Positions 7,861 to 18,223 are shown, counted from the stretch's first letter. The stretch: DNA of 39,014 nucleotides from an uncultured Candidatus Saccharibacteria bacterium (GCA_964483025.1 CAYZZT010000003.1:1-39014), one strand, 5' to 3'. Notes: generated by a model not told the origin, from the letters alone. Program-made: numbers and translations.

Positions 7861-8661
7861 ATGGAAAATAAAAATACATCTTGGGGGAATGTTTCCGACT
7901 GGTATGATGCTACTGTAGAAGACGGGGATAGCTATCAGCAAAAAGTTATACTTCCAAATTTACTTAGGATTGTAGAGCCTAAAAATAGTGTGAAGATTTT
8001 GGATGTGGGTTGTGGCACGGGAGTTTTTGCTCGAGCTTTTGCAGAAAAAGGAGCTAATGTTTTAGGTGTTGATATTGGGAAAGAGCTTATTGAAATTGCG
8101 GAGAAAAAATCTGGCGGTGTGATAAAACAAAATATTTTAGGGCAGATTAAATATTTTGTCGCTTCTGCGGATGATCTTTCAAAAATAAAAGAAAAAGATT
8201 TTGATATAGCAACTATTGTGCTTGCAATTCAAAATATGAAAAATTTAGACAAGGTGGTAGGGGAAGTATTTCAAAAAATAAAAAAGGGTGGTAAATTAGT
8301 TTTAGTTATTAATCACCCAGCTTTTAGAATTCCACAGAATAGTGATTGGTATTATGACGAAAAAGATAAAATTCAATACAGAAAAATTGCTCGTTATATG
8401 AGTGAAATAGAAATTCCTATTTTGATGAATCCCGGAAACAAAAATAGTAAAAAAACATATTCATTCCACCGCCCTTTGCAAGTATATTTTAAATCTTTAG
8501 CAAAGAATAGTTTTGTTATTACAAAACTTGAAGAATGGATTTCTCATAAAGAAAGTCAAAAAGGGCCAAAGAAAAATATAGAAGATAGTGCAAGGAAGGA
8601 GATTCCTATGTTTATGTGCATCGTTGGGCGGAGTACCGCCCCGCAGACTAACGCAGACTAA
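7861..8661 (+). CDS. class I SAM-dependent methyltransferase
   Basis: ILDVGCGTG motif I, NHPAF, FHRPL; ATG 7861 preferred; the last residues are repeat-derived. Confidence 0.9.
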   Translation: MENKNTSWGNVSDWYDATVEDGDSYQQKVILPNLLRIVEPKNSVKILDVGCGTGVFARAFAEKGANVLGVDIGKELIEIAEKKSGGVIKQNILGQIKYFVASADDLSKIKEKDFDIATIVLAIQNMKNLDKVVGEVFQKIKKGGKLVLVINHPAFRIPQNSDWYYDEKDKIQYRKIARYMSEIEIPILMNPGNKNSKKTYSFHRPLQVYFKSLAKNSFVITKLEEWISHKESQKGPKKNIEDSARKEIPMFMCIVGRSTAPQTNAD

Positions 8662-8662
8662 A

Positions 8663-8812
8663 GTCACGAGTATTTTTCTGTTGAAAAATCTCTCGACCCC
8701 GACTCGACCAAAAGTATTTTTCTACTGAAAAATCTTTTCGTCATACCTCAGCTCGTCAGCTTCCGGTCTTGCATTCGGGTACCTCCCCGAACTCACCGTC
8801 GCGCTCCGTCTT
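8663..8812. repeat. structured intergenic repeat family member (also 11040-11138 and 38890-39014)
   Basis: Shared core GTGAGYT..hairpin..GCAAGRYCGGA and ATTTTTC-N3-GAAAAAT hairpins in all three loci. Confidence 0.7.
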
Positions 8813-9072
8813 TGAAATTGAAACCCTTCAATTTCAACAGACTAACGCTGAAAGAAAGACTCATAAATGCAATAGTATTGTGTATGATACTATTAGATTT
8901 TTACTACATTATAATGTAGTAAATTTTGCGTATAGAACACCTTGAACACATAGAACATTTAGAACAAGTTCATAATATTGATTTTGAGGATTTTTAGTGT
9001 TAATCTTCCCTCGGGACTTGGGCTTATTAGGCCCGAGAAGCTCTTGAAAATTCAAAATTAGAAAGGTTTATT

Positions 9073-9630
9073 GTGAATAAAAAACCAAAAATAAAGAAAA
9101 TCAAACCATCTGTTGGACTTATTTTAGTGGCAAAGGAGCCTAAAACAGATCGTCTCATTGCTGTTTTAAGGACTAGGGCTACAATAAAATTTTGTGAAGT
9201 CTGGGAAGAACATCCGTGGCCTCGCGCTTGTCAAGTTTCTGTTCATGGGAAATCATTGTGTTGGGAAACTCCGACACAAACACTCCACCGAAAAGCAAAA
9301 GAACAATTAGGAGAGCGTTTTTATAATATTGCCAGACTAGACGATAGAGAGTTTCGTCTTCTTGTAGAAGACAACAGAAGGAAAGTTAAAACCTATGGTT
9401 TGTGTGTTCGACAAGAATATATAAGGCACATAAGGACAGATTCTTCATCTTTTGGTATCAGAATTTTTTACCTTGATCAAATTAGTAAAATTCGTCCACT
9501 TAGGAGGGCTGACAGGTGGAAGAAAATTACTGATTTGGATGAGGTGGCTATGTTTCCTGATGAAATCAGGGCACTTAAAAAAATTCGTGGAAATCGGCAA
9601 CTTCTTTCATTTCTTTATCGTCATCATTGA
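9073..9630 (+). CDS. basic hypothetical protein with a degenerate Nudix box
   Basis: G-x5-E-x7-RKAKEQLG versus consensus G-x5-E-x7-REUxEExG; GTG start with AAAGG SD. Confidence 0.55.
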   Translation: MNKKPKIKKIKPSVGLILVAKEPKTDRLIAVLRTRATIKFCEVWEEHPWPRACQVSVHGKSLCWETPTQTLHRKAKEQLGERFYNIARLDDREFRLLVEDNRRKVKTYGLCVRQEYIRHIRTDSSSFGIRIFYLDQISKIRPLRRADRWKKITDLDEVAMFPDEIRALKKIRGNRQLLSFLYRHH

Positions 9631-9637
9631 CATTCCG

Positions 9638-9668
9638 AGACCCTGCAACTTGTTGCAGGGTCTTTTTT
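9638..9668 (+). terminator. intrinsic terminator
   Basis: 12-bp stem AGACCCTGCAAC/GTTGCAGGGTCT plus T run. Confidence 0.8.
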
Positions 9669-10843
9669 TACTTAGTGTCTTTAATTTTAAATGCGAAGCG
9701 CACACTCAATAATATAATAATTCCAAAAACTGCAAAAATATATCTATAATCTAAAAAGATAAGAAGAAAACTTCCTATGATAGGGCCTATAATATATCCG
9801 AGTGGTCCAGCTGTGCGGAATGCGCCAATTAAATTTTGATTTGAAGAATTAATTTTTTTAAAAAAGTAGCTCTCTGTGGTAACTTCCATTAAGCTTGCTC
9901 CAATTCTTGAAACAAATAGAATACCTGTCCAAATTAAAAAGTCTGCACTTGTAATTGAGGACATTGCAAGCAGGCCGAGAGCGGAAATTATAAATCCTGT
10001 AATGAGTAATTCTTTTTCTCCAAGTTTTTTATCAGCAATATTTCCAATGGGTATTTCAAGTAAAACAAAAGGAAGAAGGGCAATACTTATCATAAGTCCA
10101 AGTTGTTGCCAGTTGAAACCTATTTGCTCGTATAAATAAATAGGAACATAAATAACAACCCAAGAATAAAAAATTTGTAAAATAAGGTTTGAGATATAAA
10201 TATTTCTTATATTTTTATCTTTTATAAAAGTTTGTATTCCGTTTCCAATGTGAATATGGTGAAAATTATCATCCTTAACTTTTTTAAAATATCTTGCGGT
10301 TATATATATTAGTGGCAAGAGGGCTATAGCAGAAAGAGCGTAAACAGTTTTGAAATTTCCTTCCACAAGTATGGAGCCTACAATTACTGGAGATATAACA
10401 CCGATCATACTCATTACCGTGAGGAATATTCCTCTCACACGTCCAACCTCTTCATTTTTAGACGTGTTTTCAAGTAAATTATCAAGATTTAATATCATGA
10501 TTGGATTTATTGAGTTGTGAATTGTAAAAATTGTGATAATCCAGAATATATCTTTTGATAAAACAAGTAAAAATAATAGAATGATATCAAGCCAATATAT
10601 CCATATCATCATTTTGTAATTACCGAAGCGTTCTAGAAAACGGCTAGATAAGAGAAATAAACAAATACTAATTGCTCCACTTATTGCATAGATAAGTCCA
10701 ATACTTTTTTCTCCAATAAACTGCTGTAAGAATGAGGAGTTTATATATGTTGTGAGGTAGTAGTGGAATGACAAAAATAATGTAGCTATATAAATATAGG
10801 TAAGCACATTAATTTTTTTAGATTTTAGAAGAAGTTTGTACAA
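9668..10843 (-). CDS. MFS transporter
   Basis: About 12 TM segments, motif A GNIADKKLGEK, GRVRG; start codon uncertain. Confidence 0.88.
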   Translation of the reverse strand: MYKLLLKSKKINVLTYIYIATLFLSFHYYLTTYINSSFLQQFIGEKSIGLIYAISGAISICLFLLSSRFLERFGNYKMMIWIYWLDIILLFLLVLSKDIFWIITIFTIHNSINPIMILNLDNLLENTSKNEEVGRVRGIFLTVMSMIGVISPVIVGSILVEGNFKTVYALSAIALLPLIYITARYFKKVKDDNFHHIHIGNGIQTFIKDKNIRNIYISNLILQIFYSWVVIYVPIYLYEQIGFNWQQLGLMISIALLPFVLLEIPIGNIADKKLGEKELLITGFIISALGLLAMSSITSADFLIWTGILFVSRIGASLMEVTTESYFFKKINSSNQNLIGAFRTAGPLGYIIGPIIGSFLLIFLDYRYIFAVFGIIILLSVRFAFKIKDTK

Positions 10844-11156
10844 GGTAGTTGCTGTTAGATATTTTAATATTTTTTATTATCCTCGACCTTATCAGTCTGA
10901 AAATAAATCCGTATCTAATTCATGGATTCAAATTCCTACCGACTGGATTCCGGCCTTCGCCGGAATGACAGAGGGGACAAGGATAACTATAGGGAATCAT
11001 GAATTCAAGTCTGCGTCAGTCTGCGTATAGTCCGCGTAAGTCAAGAATATTTTTCTGGTGAAAAATTTCCTGACCACGTCTCACTCGCCTTCGCTCGCTC
11101 CGACCTTGCGCTTGGGTCCTTCCCCAAGCTCACTGCGAGGACAGTAATCTGTCCTA

Positions 11157-13256
11157 CTATACGCCTAGTATTACAGGAATCACAATTGGACGCTTTGCAG
11201 TTTGTTGGAAAAGGAATTTGCCCACAGCGTCTGCAACTTGGTCTTTTGCATAATCGAAATCTATAGGGTGCTGACCCTCCACTGCGTCTTCAACTGTTTT
11301 TTTGATAATAAATCTTGCTTCACGGAGCAGGTCCTGGGATTCTCTCAAGTACACAAAACCTCGAGAAATAATATCTGGAGATTTTTTAATTTTCCCTGTT
11401 GTGGTATTTACACTAGCTACAACCACAAAGATTCCATCTTCTGAAAGTGTTTGTCTATCGCGAATAACAGCTTCCTGAACATTTCCAATAGAAAATCCGT
11501 CAACTGCCACTAAACCATCACCTGCTTTTTCTTTTCGTATAGATATTTTTTGACCATTTGTGATTTCCACAATAGAACAGTCATCGGCAACAGCAATACT
11601 TTCTTTTGGCATACCTAAAGATTCAGCGAGATCAGCATGCAAGCGAACATTATAATGACTTCCGTGGACTGGAATAAAGAATTTTGCTTTAATTTTTTTA
11701 TGTAACCATTCAATTTCACCTCGATTTGCATGGCCAGTTGAGTGAATGAAAACCTCTGAAGTTCGATAGTGAATTATTTTTGCACCTTGTCTCGCAATAT
11801 TATCTTTTAATTTTGCTACCGCTTTTTCATTACCGGGGATAATAGAAGAAGAGAACAATACTGTGTCTCGGTCTGTAAGGCGAAAATATTTATGTGTTTT
11901 TGTTGCCATACGCATAAGTGCAGCAAATTCATCGCCTTGAGCTCCTGTGGCGAGTACAACAATTCTATCTGGTGGATATTTATCTAAATCTTGGCCATTA
12001 ATAATTGTGTCCTTTTTGATTGTTATCATCCCTGCAATTTGTGCAATTTCAATATTTTCTTTCATTGCTCTCCCTTCGATAACAATTTTTTTACCAAGAG
12101 ACTCAGCAATTTGAATAATTTTCATTGTTCGCTGAAATTGAGAAGCAAAAGTACCAATGATAAGTCTGCCTTTTATTTCTCTAATTATATTTTCTAGATT
12201 TTCATGGACTAGGGTTTCTGGTGTAGAAAAGCCCGGGTTTTCAATATTTGTTGAGTCGGCCATAAGCAGTAAGCTTTTATTGTTTTCAAAAATTGAGTAT
12301 TCAGCTTCCTCTCTAGCTGTTGGTACACCATTAACATGTTCGAGTTTAAAGTCTCCTGGAGTAACAATTGACCCCCACTCTGTTTCAATGGCAATACCCA
12401 TCGAGTCTGGAATTGTGTGTGTCACACCGAAAAGTTTTATTTTTGTTTTACCTAATATTATTGTGTCATTTTTTTCAACAATTTTTATATTTAGTGGTGC
12501 GAGATGTGGAAACTCTGCCTGACGTTTTTGTATCATTAAAGAAGTTAGATTTCGTGTGTACATTGGTGGGTTACCAATTCTTGGCATAACATAAGGAATT
12601 GCACCTATGTGGTCGAGATGGGCGTGGGTAATTAGTATTCCTCGAATTTTTTCTTGTCTATCTTCTAAGTATTGTGTATTTGGAATAATATAGTCAATTC
12701 CGGGAGTGCTATCATCTTTAAATTGAAAGCCTGCATCAATAATAATGATGTCATCTTTATTTTCGATGGCAGTCATATTTCGTCCAATTTCTTCTACTCC
12801 ACCAAGTGGAATAATACGAATTACATTATCAGCAATTGGCGGGATATTATCCTTTGCTCGAGGAAATGGTTTTGGCCCATGTGTTGGTCTTGCGGTAGGC
12901 ATTTTTACATGGCCCCCTCGAAAGTTCATAGGCTTTCGTGTTTGCTGGCTTCTTTGTGCTGGATTTCGAACAACAAATTTTTGATTTGTATTCTGAATGG
13001 GCGTACGGTTTGGTCGTAAGCTTGATGGTCTAGCTATATTTTGTGAAAAACTTGGACGAGGAGATTGTGAGGGCGTGGCTGTTGGAATAGAATTTCTATT
13101 CATTGGGTTAAAAGATGTTCGCGCCTGTGTATTGAAGTTTTTTGTGGGCGCTGAATTAACGCGCGCATGATAAGGTGTGCGATGTTGTCTGTTATTATTT
13201 TGTGTGCGGGCTCCAGTGTTTCCACCTTGTGCTCCTTGTTGATTTTGATCGGGCAT
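11157..13256 (-). CDS. rnj: ribonuclease J with a ~140-aa low-complexity N-terminal extension
   Basis: PLGGVEEIGRNM, THAHLDHIGA, HTIPDS, GDFK, HSTGHA, PVHG, KRPIVIPVI. Confidence 0.96.
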   Translation of the reverse strand: MPDQNQQGAQGGNTGARTQNNNRQHRTPYHARVNSAPTKNFNTQARTSFNPMNRNSIPTATPSQSPRPSFSQNIARPSSLRPNRTPIQNTNQKFVVRNPAQRSQQTRKPMNFRGGHVKMPTARPTHGPKPFPRAKDNIPPIADNVIRIIPLGGVEEIGRNMTAIENKDDIIIIDAGFQFKDDSTPGIDYIIPNTQYLEDRQEKIRGILITHAHLDHIGAIPYVMPRIGNPPMYTRNLTSLMIQKRQAEFPHLAPLNIKIVEKNDTIILGKTKIKLFGVTHTIPDSMGIAIETEWGSIVTPGDFKLEHVNGVPTAREEAEYSIFENNKSLLLMADSTNIENPGFSTPETLVHENLENIIREIKGRLIIGTFASQFQRTMKIIQIAESLGKKIVIEGRAMKENIEIAQIAGMITIKKDTIINGQDLDKYPPDRIVVLATGAQGDEFAALMRMATKTHKYFRLTDRDTVLFSSSIIPGNEKAVAKLKDNIARQGAKIIHYRTSEVFIHSTGHANRGEIEWLHKKIKAKFFIPVHGSHYNVRLHADLAESLGMPKESIAVADDCSIVEITNGQKISIRKEKAGDGLVAVDGFSIGNVQEAVIRDRQTLSEDGIFVVVASVNTTTGKIKKSPDIISRGFVYLRESQDLLREARFIIKKTVEDAVEGQHPIDFDYAKDQVADAVGKFLFQQTAKRPIVIPVILGV

Positions 13257-13396
13257 TTGCTTAATCTCTTAAGAGATAGTTATTTATAATTATTTTTAAT
13301 TTATTTTATATCTCGGCACTAATTCACTTAACTCGACACGAATTACGAATGGGGAGCGAATGACACAAATGGAATTCTGAATCCAGTATTTTGCAT

Positions 13397-13499
13397 TGTC
13401 ATTCCGGCGAAGGCCGGAATCCAGTCGGTAAGAATCTAAATTTCTGAATTAAATACAAATACATTTTCAGACTGGATTCCTGCCTTCGCAGGAATGACA
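13397..13499. repeat. inverted pair of GTCATTCC-N-GGAATCCAG REP-like palindromes (family of 12 or more copies in the window)
   Basis: Other copies near 6282, 10943, 17454, 17571, 24342, 27729, 28860, 33840, 37599, 37645. Confidence 0.9.
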
Positions 13500-13613
13500 G
13501 AAGTGGTGTATTGCATTCCATTCATGGCATTCGTCGTAGTTCATTCGTGTCATTCGCTGTATTTATTCATGTATTAGTGTCGTGTTAATTTATTCGTGTA
13601 TTAGTGTCGTGTT

Positions 13614-15329
13614 TTATCGAAACACACTCCAAACATGGTCTGTTTCTATATACCATTTTTCTATATCAGCAAATCGGTCACTTGGAAGTACTATTTTCCC
13701 AACAGAAAACCCTTTTATTTCTGTTGGTAAAATATAAATGAAATCAGGTGAATACATAAATACTGCTGGCATATCTGTTAGAATTTCTTTCTCAATTTGT
13801 TGGTACATTGTTGTTCTTTTGTTTAAATCATTTGTTATCCGAGAGTCTTCGAGAAGTTTGTCTATTTTTGTATTTGTATACATTGAAATATTTAATCCTG
13901 GATCGTTGCGTTGTGACGAATGCCAAAAGGCATATAAATCAAGTTCTCGCCCAACTACTTCACCAAAAAATAGAGCATCATATTTTCTCGGGCGAATTAT
14001 AGTTTGGTTAAGATCTGTCATTTCAAAAATATTTATATCAATTTTTGCACCAAGTGCCTCCCATTGTTTTTTTATAATTTCAGCAGATTGTTTTAGCTCC
14101 GTTGCATCTCCGGTTGAAATTGTAAAGGCCAAAGTTTCTGTTTTTGCCTTTGTTTTCAATTCGTATATACCTTCTGCATTTTTCTTCCAGCCAGCTTTTT
14201 CTAGAATAGCCTGGGCATTACTTACAGAAGATTCATTTGTAGTTGAATTAATTGAAGTACTTTTTGCTAAACCTTGGGGAATTGGACTTAAAGCTTCTGT
14301 TCCAAAACCATGTAATGTTTCTTCTAAAATTGCTCTACGGTCTGTCACAATATTTAATGCTAAACGTACTTCTTTATGTGTAAAAATAGGATTATGATTT
14401 TGATTAAAGAAGATCGCAAATACTTGCGGTAGGGGATAACGCTCTATATTTGAGCCAGTTTTTTCTAATGCCTGTGCTGTTTCTCCAGAAATTGAATGAA
14501 ATGATTTAAAATCTCCTTTTTTATATGCATCGACAAGGGTTTTTTCATTTTGATAAAAATTTAATTTAATTGAGTTTATATATGGGGTACCTAAAGTGTA
14601 ATGATTAAACGACTCTAAAGTTATACTTTCAGGAATTCCAGATCCATTTCTTGACACTTTGGAAATTTTATATGGGCCAGAACCTATCGGTTCAATATTA
14701 AATTGGCTAAATGCAAATTCATCTGTGCCAGCATCTTTCCATATGTGTTTTGGCAAAATGCCCAATGTGGTATTTTCTATAAAAGGAACATATGTTTGTT
14801 TTAGAGTGAATTGTATTGTTTTATCACTAATTTTTTCTACACTAACACCATCCCAGTTTGCACGTTTTGGACTTTTTAAACTCGGGTCTTGAATTTTTTG
14901 AATTGTAAAAAGAATATCATCTGCAGTAACTTTTGCACCATCGTGAAATACTGCGTTTTCTATAATGTTGAAGGTGTATGTTTTTCCATCGTCAGATATA
15001 GAATAATCTGAAGCTAAGTCTGGAACAAATGTTCCATCTGGTTTTGCTTTTAAGAGTCCTGAATAAACTAAAGATGAAAGATCTCTGTCTGTGTCAGAAA
15101 AAGCTAGGGTTGGGTTTATGTATCTTGCTGTGCCTATCAAACCCTCAGTCAAAGAACCTCCTTTTTTCGGAATTTCTGTAAGGAAAAGTGAATTAACACT
15201 AGAGATTGTTGTGAAAGCAGTAATTAGAGCAATAATTAATAATAGTGAAAAAACAGATTTTTCACCTAAACTAAATGAGGTAATTGCCTTGCGAATTGAA
15301 TCGCGTATTAATGCTATTCTATTTTTCAC
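13614..15329 (-). CDS. ABC transporter substrate-binding protein, family 5 (peptide/nickel)
   Basis: N-terminal TM, PDLA, FHDG..VTADD, PIGSGPY, VRLAL; GTG start. Confidence 0.92.
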   Translation of the reverse strand: MKNRIALIRDSIRKAITSFSLGEKSVFSLLLIIALITAFTTISSVNSLFLTEIPKKGGSLTEGLIGTARYINPTLAFSDTDRDLSSLVYSGLLKAKPDGTFVPDLASDYSISDDGKTYTFNIIENAVFHDGAKVTADDILFTIQKIQDPSLKSPKRANWDGVSVEKISDKTIQFTLKQTYVPFIENTTLGILPKHIWKDAGTDEFAFSQFNIEPIGSGPYKISKVSRNGSGIPESITLESFNHYTLGTPYINSIKLNFYQNEKTLVDAYKKGDFKSFHSISGETAQALEKTGSNIERYPLPQVFAIFFNQNHNPIFTHKEVRLALNIVTDRRAILEETLHGFGTEALSPIPQGLAKSTSINSTTNESSVSNAQAILEKAGWKKNAEGIYELKTKAKTETLAFTISTGDATELKQSAEIIKKQWEALGAKIDINIFEMTDLNQTIIRPRKYDALFFGEVVGRELDLYAFWHSSQRNDPGLNISMYTNTKIDKLLEDSRITNDLNKRTTMYQQIEKEILTDMPAVFMYSPDFIYILPTEIKGFSVGKIVLPSDRFADIEKWYIETDHVWSVFR

Positions 15330-15383
15330 GATAGATAAAAATGATCAGACACAAACAAGCCTTGTTAAACTAGTCGTGTATTA

Positions 15384-15614
15384 TTAGTAAAGAAATGAAA
15401 TGAGTGATGTTGCTGCAAAAAGTATTGCAAGAACTATGGTTGCGTTGAAAAGGAATTTTTCAAATCCGCGACGAGTGTGATATCCAGCTTCGAAACTATC
15501 TGAACCGCCAAGCGCCCCTCCCACACCAGCTGCGCTATATTGCAAAAGAACACCGGCAATAAGAAGTACGGAAATAACAATTTGTATATAGGGTAATATA
15601 GTAGCAATACTCAT
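15384..15614 (-). CDS. secG: preprotein translocase subunit SecG
   Basis: LIAGVLLQ..AGVGGALGG...TRRGFEKFL, two TM. Confidence 0.92.
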   Translation of the reverse strand: MSIATILPYIQIVISVLLIAGVLLQYSAAGVGGALGGSDSFEAGYHTRRGFEKFLFNATIVLAILFAATSLISFLY

Positions 15615-15703
15615 TTAGATACCATGATAACAGAAGTATAAAATAAATGCAAATAGCGGGTCACCATGCTATAATATCTATATTAGAAGTAATCTTAATA
15701 ATT

Positions 15704-16264
15704 ATGACTATCTTATATATTATTTTAGGGGTTGTTGCGCTTTTCATTTTGTGGGCGGTAGTTGCTTACAATAGTTTTGTTTCCTATGTAAATAGGACTA
15801 AGGAGGCTTGGGCAGATATTGAGGTTCAGCTTAAAAGACGATATGACCTTATTCCAAACTTAGTAAATACCGTAAAGGGATATGCGACTCATGAATCTGG
15901 AGCTTTTGAGAAAGTTTCAGAAGCAAGAAGCAAGGCAATGCAATCAGGCGGTTCGCTCGCAGAAAAAGGTGAAGCAGAAAATGCTTTAACTGGAACATTG
16001 AAATCTTTGTTTGCTATTTCAGAGGCATATCCAGATTTGAAAGCAAATACAAACTTTCTTGAACTTCAACGAGAACTTTCAGATACGGAAAATAAAATTC
16101 AATCAGCCCGAAGATTTTACAACGGTAACGTTCGAGACTTGAACATTGCAATTGAATCTTTCCCAGGAAATGTTATTGCAGGAGTATTTCATTTTTCAAA
16201 AATGGAATTGTTTGATCTTGCGGACAATGACGAGGCGCAGAAGCCGGTCGAGGTGAAGTTTTGA
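15704..16264 (+). CDS. lemA: LemA family protein
   Basis: AWADIEVQLKRRYDLIPNLV, EAYPDLKAN, ARRFYN, FP.N; ATG 15704 preferred. Confidence 0.96.
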   Translation: MTILYIILGVVALFILWAVVAYNSFVSYVNRTKEAWADIEVQLKRRYDLIPNLVNTVKGYATHESGAFEKVSEARSKAMQSGGSLAEKGEAENALTGTLKSLFAISEAYPDLKANTNFLELQRELSDTENKIQSARRFYNGNVRDLNIAIESFPGNVIAGVFHFSKMELFDLADNDEAQKPVEVKF

Positions 16265-16273
16265 TTTAATTAT

Positions 16274-16549
16274 ATGGAAGGAGCCTCACAGCCAATAAAT
16301 GAAGCAGAGGTGTTTGATAAAAATTTAGCATTTGTTCTTCGGCTTGCAGAAGCGGAGGTACCTGATGAAGAAGAGTTAATTCGAAATATTTCAAAAATTA
16401 TTGAAAAAACTATGAAAGAAACAAACAGGCCTGAGTTTTTAGATAGAATAGATCCAGGAGCTTATCATCCGGAAACAAAATTATTATCAGAGAGAGGTAG
16501 AGAAAGATTAAATAAAGCAATAGATATGTTTACTAATAAATTTAATTAG
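16274..16549 (+). CDS. hypothetical protein (91 aa) between lemA and htpX
   Basis: Fills the gap with 9-bp and 3-bp spacing, same strand. Confidence 0.65.
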   Translation: MEGASQPINEAEVFDKNLAFVLRLAEAEVPDEEELIRNISKIIEKTMKETNRPEFLDRIDPGAYHPETKLLSERGRERLNKAIDMFTNKFN

Positions 16550-16552
16550 TCT

Positions 16553-17440
16553 ATGGCTACGTTATATACTCAACAGTCTAATAATGTGCGAAAAACATGG
16601 TTTCTTATGGCGATATTTTTAGCTATCGTTGTTGCTATTGGGTATTTCGTGAGTTACTACTACAACAACCCCGCAATTCTTTATATTGCGATTATTTTTA
16701 GTATGGTGATGAATATTACTAGCTACTGGTTTTCAGATAAAATTGCTCTAGCTTCAACAGGTGCAAAAGAGGCGAGTGAAAGTGAATATTTGGAGCTTCA
16801 TAGAATTCTTGAAAATCTTTCAATTACCGCAGGGCTTCCGAAGCCGAGACTTTATATCATAGATGATATGGCACCAAATGCTTTCGCAACAGGGAGAAAT
16901 AAAGAACATTCTGCTGTTGCTGTCACAAAAGGACTTTTACAAATGTTAGATAAGAATGAGCTTGAGGGTGTGATTGCTCATGAGCTTGCTCATATTGGAA
17001 ATAGAGATATTTTGCTTTCTACTGTGGTCGTGGTGCTTGTCGGCTTTATTGCAATGCTTTCTGATATGTTTTTACGAATGTCCCTTTTTGGTGGAAGGGA
17101 TAATGATAATAAGGGGGGAGGGGCGCTTATGATTTTGGGTATTGTTTTTGTCGTTCTTTCACCGATTATCGCCACGATTATACAGCTCGCCATTTCTCGA
17201 AAAAGAGAATTTTTGGCAGATGCTTCAGGCGCACTTCTTACAAGATATCCAGAAGGGCTAGCAAATGCATTGCAGAAAATTAGTACATATAGTCAACCAA
17301 TGCAAAAAGCATCGAATGCTACAGCCCATATGTTTATTTCGAATCCTTTTGGCGGAAAAGTGATGAAAGGAATGGCAAAGTTGTTTATGACTCATCCACC
17401 GGTGGAGGAAAGGGTGAATGCTTTGCTTGGAATGAAGTAA
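16553..17440 (+). CDS. htpX: zinc metalloprotease HtpX (M48)
   Basis: PNAFATG, HELAH, SRKREFLADA, THPP. Confidence 0.95.
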   Translation: MATLYTQQSNNVRKTWFLMAIFLAIVVAIGYFVSYYYNNPAILYIAIIFSMVMNITSYWFSDKIALASTGAKEASESEYLELHRILENLSITAGLPKPRLYIIDDMAPNAFATGRNKEHSAVAVTKGLLQMLDKNELEGVIAHELAHIGNRDILLSTVVVVLVGFIAMLSDMFLRMSLFGGRDNDNKGGGALMILGIVFVVLSPIIATIIQLAISRKREFLADASGALLTRYPEGLANALQKISTYSQPMQKASNATAHMFISNPFGGKVMKGMAKLFMTHPPVEERVNALLGMK

Positions 17441-17623
17441 TTTTCTTGCTTCTGTCATTGCTGACCTGACCGGCAATCCATGCCTTGTATTAAAATTCGA
17501 AATTCGAAGCACGAAATCCGAAACAAATCTAAAATTCTAAATAATAAATTTAAAAACAAATACTTTTCAGACTGGATTCCGGACTAAATCCGGAATGACA
17601 ACTGAAGTCATTAAAATAAAAAT

Positions 17624-18223
17624 ATGAACGAACTTGAAAATCGAAAAGGTAAGGCGGATATTAATTTTTTTGATAGGTTAATAGCAAATACTGTTTTGCC
17701 CTTTGTGCCCAGAACTGTTCGACCAAATGCTATTACAATTTTTCGTTTTGTTTGTATTCCTTTTGTAATTTATTTTTTCCTCACTGAAAGTTATTTGTGG
17801 GGAACTATCATTTTTATTCTCGCTGCACTTTCAGATGCTCTCGATGGAGCGATGGCACGAGTGCGCCACCAGATCACAAGTGAAGGAAAATTTTTTGATC
17901 CACTTGCTGACAAACTTCTTGTGGGTTCGGCCTCTTTTATTTTAATCAGTCGTTATATAAGTTGGCAACTTGCACTTTTGATAATTTTGCTTGAGCTTAT
18001 GATTATTTCAATTGCTTTATATAAAAAACGCACAATGAAGCATGTTGTTATTCAAGCCAGGCTTTCTGGGAAATTAAAAATGGTCTTACAGTGTGTGGGT
18101 ATAATTTTGCTTCTATTTTTTATTCTTACAAAAATACCTATTTTATTGACTATTTCAACAATTACTCTTTGGTTGGCTATCGGCTTCGCTGTCGTCTCTA
18201 TGTTTGCATATAATTCGATTTAA
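17624..18223 (+). CDS. CDP-alcohol phosphatidyltransferase (PgsA-like)
   Basis: PNAITIFR, DALDGAMAR...G..FDPLADK. Confidence 0.92.
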   Translation: MNELENRKGKADINFFDRLIANTVLPFVPRTVRPNAITIFRFVCIPFVIYFFLTESYLWGTIIFILAALSDALDGAMARVRHQITSEGKFFDPLADKLLVGSASFILISRYISWQLALLIILLELMIISIALYKKRTMKHVVIQARLSGKLKMVLQCVGIILLLFFILTKIPILLTISTITLWLAIGFAVVSMFAYNSI

